Origin: an uncultured Clostridia bacterium
GTDB taxonomy: Bacteria > Bacillota > Clostridia > Christensenellales > CAG-917
Assembly: GCA_944358385.1 (NCBI GenBank)
Contig: CALVQW010000002.1
Coordinates: 72,033 to 136,032, forward strand
DNA: 64,000 bases
Direction: 5' to 3'
Made by a program: the position numbers and the translations under genes. The notes beneath the pieces were generated by a model, which did not search any database, was not told where the DNA came from, and was given only the letters and a program-made list of their open reading frames with translations. This document shows positions 1-11,794 of this stretch, one piece after another. Within the stretch, counting starts at the first letter, position 1. Each line of letters opens with the position of its first letter.

Positions 1-180
1 ATAAACTCTTGTAGAGATGTACCGTTAGTCCCGCAAGATGCGAGTAGTGGACTCCAATCGGCACGGGGGAGGAAAGCCCGAAGGGAAGGAGGGGGTTTCT
101 AACTAGCCTGTCAGAGGATGTCAGCCTGTTTTATATTCTCCGAGCACGACGCACACTCCGAGCGGGTGTCTCCGAGCGCG
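1..180 (+). repeat. Modular intergenic repeat, family M (3-prime modules; truncated by window start)
   Basis: Positions 1-110 align with 28776-28890, including a 59-nt identical run (46-104 = 28824-28882). The CTCCGAGCACGACGCACACTCCGAGCGGGTG box lies at 137-168. Confidence 0.85.
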
Positions 181-390
181 ACGGATGCGCATATGCGCAC
201 AAATCGGCATATTCGGGGCGGAGATGACTTGCGCATATGCGCACTTTTGCGTGATCTGATGGGGCGGATGTGCATATGTGCATACGGGAAGGAAGGCTTT
301 GTGTGCAAACAGGCCTGCTCGTATGTGCCGATGGGTAAAAAAGCTTTGTATGCAAACACGCCTGCGCATAAGCGCAGGCGTGCCTTTTTA
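181..390. repeat. Degenerate ~40-46-bp tandem repeats carrying the palindrome TGCGCATATGCGCA
   Basis: The perfect 14-bp palindrome occurs at 186-199 and 230-243, with a variant TGTGCATATGTGCA at 269-282. Related CTTTGTrTGCAAACAsGCCTGC units lie at about 297-320 and 343-366. Confidence 0.8.
357..390. terminator. Hairpin terminator downstream of cadA (bidirectional shape)
   Basis: CACGCCTGCGC-ATAA-GCGCAGGCGTG, an 11-bp stem. T-rich on the + side (CCTTTTTA) and TTTG on the - side. Confidence 0.55.
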
Positions 391-400
391 ATCCAGCGGT

Positions 401-2341
401 TTAGAATGCGGGTTTTGCCCTTTTCGCGCGTTCCACGCTGCGGCGCGATCCCACACGCATGGCGTTGAGTATGGCGATGACCGCGACGCCCACGTCACCG
501 AACACTGCCAGCCACATCCCCGCTATGCCCACGGCGGAGAGGATGAGAATGGCGACTTTCACCAGAATGGAGAACCAGATGTTTTCGTAGACTACGCACA
601 TGGTCTTGCGTGCTATGCGTTTGGCGACGGGGATGCCTTTGAGGTCGTCGCGCATGAGCACGATGTCCGATGCCTCGATCGCCGCATCGCTGCCCACGCC
701 GCCCATGGCGATGCCGATGTCCGAGCGCATGAGCACGGGCGCGTCGTTGATGCCGTCTCCTACGAAGCAAAGCACATCCTTCTTCCCTTGGGCGGCTAGT
801 GCCTTTTCCACTTCCGCCACTTTGTCCTGGGGGAGAAGGGAGGCTTTGAAGTCCGTCACGCCCGCTTTTCCCGCGATGTTGGCGGCTATGCGCTCGTTGT
901 CGCCCGTCAGCATGACCGTCCTGCAACCCATCGCATTCAGCTCGCCGACGACTTCCGCCGTCTCGCTGCGCAGTTCGTCTGCGACGAGCAGTGAGCCGAC
1001 GAATGCGCCGTTTTCCGCGACATAGATCACCGTTCCCGCGCCATCTTCGGGGATGAACTCCACTCCGAACGCGCGCATGAGTTTTTCGTTGCCCGCGAGG
1101 ATGCGCGAGCCGTCCTTTTCCGCCACCACGCCTTCTCCCGCACGGTTAGTGAGGGTGTAGTCCGCATGGGTTTCTTTGCCGTAAGCCGCCGCCACGGAGC
1201 GCGCTATCGGGTGGGATGAGCCTCTTTCCGCCGTCGCGGCAAGGGCGAGTATGCGCTCCCTATCGCTTTCGGGGGAGACTTTCACCACTGCGAAATTGCC
1301 CTTGGTGAGCGTCCCCGTCTTGTCGAACACGAAAGTGTTTGCCTTGTCGAATTTTTCAAGGTAGTTGGAGCCTTTTATGAGTATGCCGAGCTTGGATGCC
1401 GCACCGATCCCCGCAAAAAAGGTGAGCGGGACGGAGATGACCAGCGCGCAGGGGCAGGACACGACGAGGAAACTGAGTGCGCGGTACACCCACTCCTGCC
1501 AATCCCCCGTCACCGCGCCGGGGATGACGGCGAGCAGCAGGGCAGCCGCCACCACCGCAGGGGTGTACCAGCGGGCGAATTTGGTGATGAAATTCTCGGC
1601 TTTGGATTTCTGCTCGGCGGCGTTTTCGACGAGATCGAGTATTTTGGACACCGTGGAGTCATAAAACGCCTTTTCCACCCGCACTTCCAGCGCGGAGGTC
1701 ACGTTCACCGATCCGCTCACCACCGCGTCGCCCTCCGATATCTCGCGGGGGAGGGATTCGCCCGTGAGCGCGCGGGTGTCGAGTGAGGACGCGCCCTTTG
1801 TCACCACGCCGTCCAGCGGCACTTTTTCGCCGGGCAGGACGGAGATGATCTCACCGGGCTGCACCTCGGCAGGATCGACTGTGACCGCCACGCCCTCTCT
1901 CACGACGTGTGCGGTGTCGGGGCGGATGTCCATCAGAGCGGAGATGGAGCGGCGGGATCTTCCCGTGGCGTAATCTTGGAAAAATTCGCCCACCTGATAG
2001 AAAATCAGGACGGCGCATCCCTCGTCAAAGCCTTCGGGAGCAAGTCCGCTCGCGCCTGTGTATATGGCAAGTGCGAACGCGCCCAACGTGGCTATGCACA
2101 TCAGGAAGTTCTCGTCCAGCATCTGTCCGCGCAGTATGCCGCGGAATGCCCGCCACAGCACGTCATAGCCTATGGCGATGTAGACGGCAAGATAGAGCGC
2201 GAAGGGGAGCAGCCAGCCGTATTTTCCGCCCACCGCGCCCGCAAGCCCGCCCGACAAGCACTTGTCCGTGACGAGCAGGACGAGGAAGGCGACAAGACAG
2301 CAGACTATGCGGATGAGTTCGTTTTTCTGTTTGCGGCTCAT
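401..2341 (-). CDS. cadA: Heavy-metal (Cd/Zn/Co-type) translocating P1B-type ATPase
   Basis: ORF 401..2347. Motifs: SCPCALVISVP (CPC metal site), DKTGTLT (phosphorylation site) and GDGINDAP (hinge). ATG at 2341 is preceded by GAGGTG and is preferred over the GTG at 2347. It has no fused N-terminal HMA domain; a separate HMA protein is encoded just upstream. Confidence 0.9.
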   Translation of the reverse strand: MSRKQKNELIRIVCCLVAFLVLLVTDKCLSGGLAGAVGGKYGWLLPFALYLAVYIAIGYDVLWRAFRGILRGQMLDENFLMCIATLGAFALAIYTGASGLAPEGFDEGCAVLIFYQVGEFFQDYATGRSRRSISALMDIRPDTAHVVREGVAVTVDPAEVQPGEIISVLPGEKVPLDGVVTKGASSLDTRALTGESLPREISEGDAVVSGSVNVTSALEVRVEKAFYDSTVSKILDLVENAAEQKSKAENFITKFARWYTPAVVAAALLLAVIPGAVTGDWQEWVYRALSFLVVSCPCALVISVPLTFFAGIGAASKLGILIKGSNYLEKFDKANTFVFDKTGTLTKGNFAVVKVSPESDRERILALAATAERGSSHPIARSVAAAYGKETHADYTLTNRAGEGVVAEKDGSRILAGNEKLMRAFGVEFIPEDGAGTVIYVAENGAFVGSLLVADELRSETAEVVGELNAMGCRTVMLTGDNERIAANIAGKAGVTDFKASLLPQDKVAEVEKALAAQGKKDVLCFVGDGINDAPVLMRSDIGIAMGGVGSDAAIEASDIVLMRDDLKGIPVAKRIARKTMCVVYENIWFSILVKVAILILSAVGIAGMWLAVFGDVGVAVIAILNAMRVGSRRSVERAKRAKPAF

Positions 2342-2348
2342 ACCCACC

Positions 2349-2567
2349 TCACAGCACGATCCTGCAATCAGGCTCTATCCTGCGGCACTTCTTTGCCGCT
2401 TCTTTCATTATCTCGTCAAAGCGCTCCTCATCGGCCTCCACCGTCATGCGCTGCATGACAAAGCTCACGCTGACGTTTTGCACGCCGTCTATCGAGGCGA
2501 CGGCGCGTTCCATTTTGGCGGCGCAGTTCGCGCAGTCAAGGTCTTGCATACGAAATGTCTTTTTCAT
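2349..2567 (-). CDS. Heavy-metal-associated (HMA) domain metallochaperone-like protein
   Basis: 72 aa. CxxC metal-binding motif in the HMA position (QDLDCANCAAKMERAV). AAGGAGA RBS. Sits between the cadC-like and ATPase genes on the same strand. Confidence 0.85.
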   Translation of the reverse strand: MKKTFRMQDLDCANCAAKMERAVASIDGVQNVSVSFVMQRMTVEADEERFDEIMKEAAKKCRRIEPDCRIVL

Positions 2568-2694
2568 CTCGGTGTCTCCTTTTGCGTATTTGCGCGCGGC
2601 GGAGAATTGCGCGCATTTATGGCACGGCAGAGCCGTAAGTCCCGTGGTCTCGTGCCGCGGCGGAGAAGGAACTTCGCGGCGGCAAATGCACGAA

Positions 2695-3036
2695 CTACTC
2701 GTTTACGTGCATAAATGTGACGCTGAACACCGTGTTTATGTGTTCGTCGCTGAGAGAGTAGTATTTCACTTTTCCTTCCTGCCGCACCCTCACGACATCG
2801 TTTTTGCGCAGCACCGCAAGCTGATGTGAGACGGCGGAGTGTTCCATGCCGAGCAGCTTGGCAAGGTCGCACACGCACATCTCGCGGATGAGCAGCGCGC
2901 TCACAATGGAAAGGCGAGTCGCATCCGCCACTACTTTGAGGAAGGCGGACATTTTCATCAAAGTCTCGCCGCGCACCATGCGCTTGGACACCTCTTCCAC
3001 CACTTCGGGATGCATCGTGCAGGAATGAACAGCCAT
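2695..3036 (-). CDS. cadC: ArsR/SmtB family metalloregulatory repressor (CadC-like)
   Basis: 113 aa. Winged-helix ArsR signature with the CVCDLA alpha3 metal site and HQLAVLR recognition helix. AAGGAGAG RBS. First gene of the metal-efflux operon. Confidence 0.85.
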   Translation of the reverse strand: MAVHSCTMHPEVVEEVSKRMVRGETLMKMSAFLKVVADATRLSIVSALLIREMCVCDLAKLLGMEHSAVSHQLAVLRKNDVVRVRQEGKVKYYSLSDEHINTVFSVTFMHVNE

Positions 3037-3086
3037 ACTTTCTCTCCTTTGGCGGAGCGCGCTTTCCGCACGCCGCCGACATCAAA

Positions 3087-3116
3087 TGAACACACGTTCA
3101 TATGAACCGTCATTCA
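3087..3116 (-). promoter_or_regulatory. Putative CadC/ArsR operator: two adjacent TGAA-N6-TTCA inverted repeats
   Basis: TGAAcacacgTTCA (3087-3100) and TGAAccgtcaTTCA (3103-3116) share a central TTCATATGAA palindrome. They lie just downstream of the cadC -10 box. Confidence 0.6.
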
Positions 3117-3117
3117 T

Positions 3118-3146
3118 ATAATATCCCCGCTGTGCGGATAAGTCAA
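3118..3146 (-). promoter_or_regulatory. Sigma-70-type promoter of the cadC-HMA-cadA operon
   Basis: Minus strand: TTGACT (3146-3141), 17 nt spacer, TATTAT (3123-3118). Confidence 0.65.
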
Positions 3147-3280
3147 GGAATATCGCAAATTTCCGCAAAAAATTTTTGCTTATCCCGTGACCGCATGAGA
3201 GCTGTGGAGCGGCTGTGCGAGTTATCTTCCGTGCATTGAAATAAAAGACGATCTGTCCAAGCAGCGGGAGCCGTCATCCC

Positions 3281-3430
3281 GCGGAGCAAAAATCAGAGAG
3301 CAACGCGACGGTTTCGGCGCATTTCCTTGACAAAGCGGATGCATGAAAGAGGAATAAAGCAGTAGCTTGGGGGTGTGGGGGTATAATACCCCCACAGGGA
3401 GCGCGAGGGTGTAACACCCTCGCAAAATCA
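3281..3430 (+). repeat. Family M repeat, partial copy (TTCCTTGACAAA module + palindromic hairpins)
   Basis: GGCGCATTTCCTTGACAAAGCGG...AGGGAGCGCGAGGGTGTAACACCCTCGC aligns with the reverse complement of about 39965-40060. Contains hairpins GTGGGGGTAT/ATACCCCCAC and GCGAGGGTGT/ACACCCTCGC. Confidence 0.7.
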
Positions 3431-3432
3431 AG

Positions 3433-3460
3433 AAACCCACGGCGTGATGCCGTGGGTTTT
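3433..3460. terminator. Bidirectional intrinsic terminator after fused ABC gene 3487..6696
   Basis: AAACCCACGGC-GTGAT-GCCGTGGGTTTT. An 8-bp GC-rich stem flanked by A and T runs. Confidence 0.7.
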
Positions 3461-3486
3461 GAGCGAAAGGTGCTTTGTGTCTGCGA

Positions 3487-6696
<3,210 letters not shown>

Positions 6697-6780
6697 ACCA
6701 CCTTACGGGCGCACCTTGCGCCGCCACCCCCGAAAATTCCGCATCGAAACGGTATGGACTATAAATTTATAATCAATAAC

Positions 6781-6809
6781 ATTATACTTGCGCGCGCCCC
6801 CGATGTCAA
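6781..6809 (-). promoter_or_regulatory. Consensus sigma-70-type promoter for the fused ABC gene 3487..6696
   Basis: Minus strand: TTGACA (6809-6804), 17 nt spacer, TATAAT (6786-6781). Both hexamers are a perfect match to consensus. Confidence 0.75.
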
Positions 6810-6866
6810 TGACGCGGAGGTATGATTAAAGAAAAATACAACTTTTCCGTCCCGTGTCGAGCTACG

Positions 6867-6896
6867 CTTGAAAAGGTGCGCTTTTGATGTTAAAAT
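6867..6896 (+). promoter_or_regulatory. Promoter of tcdA operon (extended -10)
   Basis: cTTGAAAaggtgc (-35 at 6868-6873), 17 nt spacer, TGtTAAAAT (6888-6896). Confidence 0.65.
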
Positions 6897-7005
6897 CACA
6901 TTAAACCGTGTCCCTTTTTTCGGACGTCCGGTGCGGACGGAAGGGAGGGGAGAGCGGGGAAAAGAGCGGCTTCCCGCGGGGTGTGTCCCGTGGGGCGGCG
7001 GAGGT

Positions 7006-7713
7006 ATGATGCAAGAAAAATTCGGCACTCGCACGGAGGCTCTCATAGGTCACGACGGCACCCGCGCGCTGGAAAGCGCGGCGGTGTTGGTGTGCGGTCT
7101 CGGCGGCGTGGGCGGCTACGCCCTCGAAGCTCTCGCACGCGCGGGAGTGGGCAGACTGGGGCTGCTGGATGGCGACGTCGTGGAGGAGAGCAACCTCAAC
7201 CGTCAGATCCTTGCCACCACCCGGACGGTGGGGATGAAAAAGACGCAGGCGGGGAAGGAGAGAGTGCTTTCCGTCAACCCAGGATGCGTGGTGGAGACCT
7301 ATGACCTTTTCTATCTCCCCGCCACCGCGGACGAGGTGGATCTTTCCCGCTACGATTGGGTGATCGACGCGGTGGACACAGTCGCCGCTAAGGTGGAACT
7401 CATCTGCCGCGCAAAGGCGCAAAATGTCAACATCGTGAGTTCAATGGGCACAGGCAATAAATTAAGTGCCGATTTTGTCATTAAAGACATTTCCGAGACT
7501 TCCGTGTGTCCGCTTGCCAGAGCGGTGCGCAAGGGGCTGAGAGAGAGGGGAATAGAGAGGGGCGTGGACGCGCTCTTTTCCCTTGAAAAGCCGCACACGG
7601 GAGAGGGACGGACGCCCGCCAGCATCTCCTATGTCCCTGCCGTCGCGGGGCTGCAGATGGCGGGACACGTCATCAGGGCGATACTCTCCTCGGACACGGA
7701 GGGGAAGGGATGA
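7006..7713 (+). CDS. tcdA: tRNA threonylcarbamoyladenosine dehydratase (ThiF/MoeB-family, TcdA-like)
   Basis: In-frame ATG at 7006 preceded by GGAGG; the upstream part of ORF 6868..7713 covers the promoter. Rossmann motif VCGLGGVGG and the ESNLNRQ motif are typical of TcdA/CsdL. Confidence 0.8.
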   Translation: MMQEKFGTRTEALIGHDGTRALESAAVLVCGLGGVGGYALEALARAGVGRLGLLDGDVVEESNLNRQILATTRTVGMKKTQAGKERVLSVNPGCVVETYDLFYLPATADEVDLSRYDWVIDAVDTVAAKVELICRAKAQNVNIVSSMGTGNKLSADFVIKDISETSVCPLARAVRKGLRERGIERGVDALFSLEKPHTGEGRTPASISYVPAVAGLQMAGHVIRAILSSDTEGKG

Positions 7714-8891
7714 GCTTTTTCGACGGCGGGATGAAGATCCGCGTCTCCGCTGCAAGCGGCACGGAAGCGGTGCTGAAAAGGGAGCTTGTCTCCCTCGGCT
7801 ATGCTCCCGGCGGTGCGGAGAGGGGGAGAGTGGACTTTGCGGGGGATATGCGAGATGTTGCGCGCGCCAACGTCTTTCTGCGCACGGCGGGACGGGTGCG
7901 TGTGGTGCTTGCCGAGTTCCCCGCCCGCACTTTCGACGAGCTTTACGAGGGCATCCGCGCCCTGCCCGTGAGGGAGATCTTCCCCGTGGACGCCGCAGTG
8001 AGCGTGAATGCAAAGAGTTTTTCAGGCGCGCTCTTTTCGTTAAGGGACATCCAGCGCATCACCAAGAAGGCGATCGCAGACGAGTTTGCCGCCGAGTACG
8101 GGGTGAAGAGGATGTCCGAGAGCGGGGAGAGATATGACATCGAAGTGAGCATGAGCGATGACGTCGCGTCCGTCACTCTGGACACTTCGGGCGCGGGGCT
8201 GCACAAGCGCGGCTACCGCGTCAAGCTGGGCGAGGCTCCCATACGCGAGACTTTGGCGGCGGCGATGCTCCTGCTCTCGGTGTGGAAGGGGGATCGCCCT
8301 TTTCTGGATCCCTTCTGCGGTTCGGGGACGATAGCGGTGGAGGCTGCGCTTCTCGGCACGCGCACCGCGCCCGGCATGGGCAGGAAGTTCGCCTTCGAGG
8401 ATTTTTCCTTCGCGCCCCGCGTGGCGGACGGTGTGAGGGCGGAGGCGGAGGAACTCGTCCTCCGTGACGTCAGACTGCGCATCCGAGGAGGGGACATCTC
8501 GCCGGATGCGGTCAAACTCGCCCGCGAACACGCCGCACGTGCCGGGATGGCGGAACATATACATTTTCAGGTGCAGGACGCGCGGGAGATGTCCTCGCGG
8601 TTCGCGCACGGCGTCATCGTCACCAATCCCCCTTACGGCGAGAGGCTGATGAAGGGGAGGGAACTTGCCGCGTTGTATGCGGATTTCGGCAGAGCGTTCC
8701 GCGCCATGGAGGAGTGGAGCGCGTATGTCATCACCTCGTGTCCCTCATTCGAGAGGGATTTCGGCAGACGCGCCGACAAGGTGAGGGTGCTTTACAACTC
8801 GGAGCTGGAATGCAGGTTTTACCGTTTTCTCGGCGCGCCGCCAGCAAGGAGGGAGGGCGCGTCCCGTGAGGGCGGGGAGGAGAGGATATGA
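7710..8891 (+). CDS. THUMP-domain class I SAM-dependent RNA methyltransferase (RlmL/YpsC-like)
   Basis: 393 aa. N-terminal THUMP-like region. Methyltransferase motifs DPFCGSGTI and the catalytic NPPYGERL. ATGA overlap with the tcdA stop. Confidence 0.85.
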   Translation: MSFFDGGMKIRVSAASGTEAVLKRELVSLGYAPGGAERGRVDFAGDMRDVARANVFLRTAGRVRVVLAEFPARTFDELYEGIRALPVREIFPVDAAVSVNAKSFSGALFSLRDIQRITKKAIADEFAAEYGVKRMSESGERYDIEVSMSDDVASVTLDTSGAGLHKRGYRVKLGEAPIRETLAAAMLLLSVWKGDRPFLDPFCGSGTIAVEAALLGTRTAPGMGRKFAFEDFSFAPRVADGVRAEAEELVLRDVRLRIRGGDISPDAVKLAREHAARAGMAEHIHFQVQDAREMSSRFAHGVIVTNPPYGERLMKGRELAALYADFGRAFRAMEEWSAYVITSCPSFERDFGRRADKVRVLYNSELECRFYRFLGAPPARREGASREGGEERI

Positions 8892-9331
8892 GAGCGGTCA
8901 TACAGCGCACCTTCCGTTCCGTGCTGTCCGTGGACGGCGAGGTGAAAGGGGAGATAAAGAGCGGACTCACCGTGTTTCTCGCGGTGTGCCGCGGCGACAC
9001 CGAGGAACAGGCGGACTATTTCGCCCGCAAACTAGTGAGACTCAGGGTATTCCGCGACGAAAACGGCAAGATGAACCGCAGCATCCTTGACGCGGGCGGG
9101 GAGATATTGCTCGTCTCGCAGTTCTCGCTTGCGGGAAAGCTGGGCAGAGGACACGGCAACCGCCCCGACTTCGGCGGTGCGGAGGATCCCGACCGTGCAA
9201 AAGAGCTTTACGAGCGCGTCATCGCAAAAGTGAGAGAGGAGGGCGTGACCGTGGCGACGGGAGTGTTCGGCGCGCATATGTTCATAGAGCAGGAGCAGGA
9301 CGGACCTCTCTCCTTCGTCTTTGAGTGCTGA
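8888..9331 (+). CDS. dtd: D-aminoacyl-tRNA deacylase
   Basis: 147 aa. N-terminus MRAVIQR and the SQFSL(A)G motif are typical of Dtd. ATGA overlap with the upstream gene. Confidence 0.9.
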   Translation: MRAVIQRTFRSVLSVDGEVKGEIKSGLTVFLAVCRGDTEEQADYFARKLVRLRVFRDENGKMNRSILDAGGEILLVSQFSLAGKLGRGHGNRPDFGGAEDPDRAKELYERVIAKVREEGVTVATGVFGAHMFIEQEQDGPLSFVFEC

Positions 9332-9350
9332 CTTGCCTTAAAACTCGCGT

Positions 9351-9470
9351 GTGAGTGACATCGACCGCGCGTGTTTGAGCGACATCGACCGTGCGTTTGA
9401 GCGTCAGCGACAGTGCGATGCGGAAAGTTTAATCGCGCGTTTTAGTGATATCGAACGTGCGATGCGGCAA
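9351..9470 (+). repeat. Degenerate ~22-24-nt tandem repeats related to family M unit core
   Basis: GAGTGACATCGACCGCGCGTGTTT / GAGCGACATCGACCGTGCGTTT / degenerate further copies. The core GCGTrTTTGAGyrAC resembles the family M hairpin units. Confidence 0.65.
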
Positions 9471-9597
9471 AAGTGTGTGTCGGCGCAGGATGGACTGCGC
9501 ATCGGAGGGATCGGCGGAAACCGATCCTTTACGCATCGACCATGTGCGGGATAGGTAATAGTGAAAAGTACAATATATTTTCATTTCCCCGCTGTCG

Positions 9598-9626
9598 TTG
9601 ACTTTTGTTGAAATCTAAGTTACAAT
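9598..9626 (+). promoter_or_regulatory. Promoter of nitroreductase-PTP operon
   Basis: TTGACT (9598-9603), 17 nt spacer, TACAAT (9621-9626). Confidence 0.65.
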
Positions 9627-9668
9627 CATCTTAACTCGGCGCGTACATGCGCGCCGCATCGGAGTATT

Positions 9669-10211
9669 ATGGATCTTCTCGAATTGGTCAGAAAGCGCGA
9701 GAGCTGCCGCAATTTCACGGGCGAGCCTGTGAGCGATGCGGCGTTGCGCGAGATAGTCGAAGCGGGCAGGCTCGCGCCTTCCGCATGCAATTCACAGCCA
9801 TGGAAATTCTATGTGGTGGGCAGCGGCGGCGAACGCATGGAGAAGATGCGCCTTGCCTCACAGATCGCCGGCAACAACAAATTCGCGGCGAAAGCGAGCG
9901 CGTTCATCGTGGTTTTCAGGGAGAAACCCAACTACTCCGAGAGAGTAGGGCAGGTGTTGTTCGGCAGAGAATTTTCCGCCATAGACATCGGGCTTGCGGT
10001 GGAGAACATCGTCCTCGCCGCCACGGAGAGAGGCATCGGCTCCTGCATACTCGGCATGTTCACCGAGAGCGCGGTGAAGGAGTGTATAGGGCTTGGGAAA
10101 AGGGACAAACGCAAGGTGGAGCTGGTCATCGCACTCGGCGTGCCCGCCACGGATAAGCCCCGTCCCAAAAAGAGGAAGGAAGAGTCCGAAGTCGCGGTCT
10201 ACCTCAAATGA
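9669..10211 (+). CDS. Nitroreductase family protein
   Basis: 180 aa. N-terminal RRSxRxF-like motif (KRESCRNFTGEPV) and APSACNSQPW, typical of the nitroreductase fold. Has its own TTGACT-17-TACAAT promoter. Confidence 0.8.
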   Translation: MDLLELVRKRESCRNFTGEPVSDAALREIVEAGRLAPSACNSQPWKFYVVGSGGERMEKMRLASQIAGNNKFAAKASAFIVVFREKPNYSERVGQVLFGREFSAIDIGLAVENIVLAATERGIGSCILGMFTESAVKECIGLGKRDKRKVELVIALGVPATDKPRPKKRKEESEVAVYLK

Positions 10212-10690
10212 GGGCGCGGCAGGGAAGAGTTTTCCGCGTGATGTTCGTCTGTTTCGGCAACATATGCCGCTCGCCAATGGCGGAAGTGTTGTTCCGCGAG
10301 GCGGTCAAAAGAGCGGGCGCGGAGGATGCGTTCGAAGTGGCGAGCGCGGCTACGGCGTGCGAGGAGGGACGTCCCGTCCACGAAGGGACGGTGCGCGTGC
10401 TCGAAGCACACGGCATCGGGTGTCCCGCACGGCGATCCGTGCTGCTCCGTGCCGAGGACGCTTGCAGGTACGATCTGTTCGTCGGCATGGACGGACGCAA
10501 TGTGAGAGCAATGCGCCGCATTCTTGGGGAAGATGCGGCGGGAAAGATATGCGCGCTGGCGGATTTCACTCCGTCGCCGCACGACATCGCGGATCCGTGG
10601 GAGACAGGGGATTTCGATGCCGCATACCGTGACGTGAGCGAAGGAGTCTCCGCCCTCGTTGCAAAACTCATCGGGGAAGAGAACGAATGA
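10208..10690 (+). CDS. Low-molecular-weight protein-tyrosine phosphatase
   Basis: P-loop signature VCFGNICRSPMAE (CX5R(S/T)) and a DPW/D-loop near the C-terminus. Start is either ATG 10208 (overlaps the upstream stop) or ATG 10241. Confidence 0.85.
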   Translation: MRARQGRVFRVMFVCFGNICRSPMAEVLFREAVKRAGAEDAFEVASAATACEEGRPVHEGTVRVLEAHGIGCPARRSVLLRAEDACRYDLFVGMDGRNVRAMRRILGEDAAGKICALADFTPSPHDIADPWETGDFDAAYRDVSEGVSALVAKLIGEENE

Positions 10691-11079
10691 GACAAAAGAT
10701 CAACAAAAAGGGCAACACCGTCCTTGCGGTGGTGTGTCTCGTCATCGGGCTTGCGCTGCTCGCTGGCGGGATATATCTGCTGGTCACGGACAACGATATG
10801 GCATCCGGCGGAGTCATGGTCGGGCTTGGCGCGTTCATCGTCGTGCTTTTCGCATGCACGATGTACCTTATCGTCAACTTCGAGAAATTGCAGCAGAAGG
10901 CGGAGGAGAAGGCGGCGCGCGAGGCGGAACGCAGACGTGTCGAACGCAGGCTGGAAGCGGACAGGCTGAGGATGGAACGCGCGGCGGCGCGCGAGAATGC
11001 GGAGCGGTCTCTCGCCGCTGCCGATAATGCGGAGCAACTGCCGCAAAAGGAAGATAAAGAGGACGATATCGCGGGTTGA
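10687..11079 (+). CDS. Hypothetical membrane-anchored protein with charged coiled-coil tail
   Basis: 130 aa. Two predicted TM helices, then a Glu/Arg/Ala-rich segment (EKAAREAERRRVERRLEADRLRMERAAARE). ATGA overlap with the upstream gene. No family recognised. Confidence 0.6.
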   Translation: MRQKINKKGNTVLAVVCLVIGLALLAGGIYLLVTDNDMASGGVMVGLGAFIVVLFACTMYLIVNFEKLQQKAEEKAAREAERRRVERRLEADRLRMERAAARENAERSLAAADNAEQLPQKEDKEDDIAG

Positions 11080-11106
11080 ACCCGTCATTTTGCGGAGAGG
11101 CGTGAT

Positions 11107-11790
11107 ATGGACGTGAGGAAGGAGCTGGAAAGACTTGCCGACGCGGACTATCGCGTTTTTCATTTACGGCTCATCCCCGGCGTCCCGCCCGAGAGGGTGA
11201 TGGGGGTGCGTATGCCCGCGCTCCGCGCCTTGGCAAAAGGCATGACGGAAGGGGAAAAACGGGCGTTCGTCGCCGCGCTCCCGCATGGGACTTATGATGA
11301 GAACCTCCTGCACTCCGTCATCCTCTGCGGCATAAGGGACTTTGACGAGGCGGAGCGGGAAGTCGCGTGCTTCCTGCCATATGTCGACAATTGGGCGGTG
11401 TGCGACGCGCTCGCGCCCAAAGCCTTCGGCAAAGCGGCGCACTGCGATCGTGTGCGCGAGTTTGCATATGAGTGTACGGGAAGCCCGCACCTTTACACCG
11501 CGCGTTTCGGACTGAATTGTCTTAGGATGTATTTTCTGGACAACGCTTTCACTCCCGACATTTTGGAGAGGGCGGCGGCGGTCTCCGGCAGCTATTATCT
11601 CGATATGGCGGCTGCGTGGTTTTTCTGCGACGCGCTCATAAAGAGGTGGGACGAGACCTTGCCCTACTTCGAGAGGGGAGTTCTTCCGCGCGACGTTCAC
11701 CTCAAAGCCGTGCGCAAATCCGTTGAAAGTTTCCGCGTCCCGGAGGAGCGGAAACACCTTCTGCGCTCCCTTCCCGCGCCTATGAGGTGA
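11107..11790 (+). CDS. DNA alkylation repair protein (AlkD-like HEAT-repeat family)
   Basis: 227 aa. Overall similarity by eye to the 'DNA alkylation repair enzyme' family (LADADYRVFHLRLIPG..., MPALRALAK, NWAVCD). Confidence 0.7.
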   Translation: MDVRKELERLADADYRVFHLRLIPGVPPERVMGVRMPALRALAKGMTEGEKRAFVAALPHGTYDENLLHSVILCGIRDFDEAEREVACFLPYVDNWAVCDALAPKAFGKAAHCDRVREFAYECTGSPHLYTARFGLNCLRMYFLDNAFTPDILERAAAVSGSYYLDMAAAWFFCDALIKRWDETLPYFERGVLPRDVHLKAVRKSVESFRVPEERKHLLRSLPAPMR

Positions 11791-11794
11791 TCCG

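Noticed and set aside
9351-9554. A 67-aa ORF with repeated SDIDRA/SDIERA peptide motifs.
   Set aside because: The peptide repeats simply mirror the degenerate ~22-nt DNA tandem repeats. The start codon is GTG with no RBS, and the region is intergenic between a dtd terminator-less end and the nitroreductase promoter.
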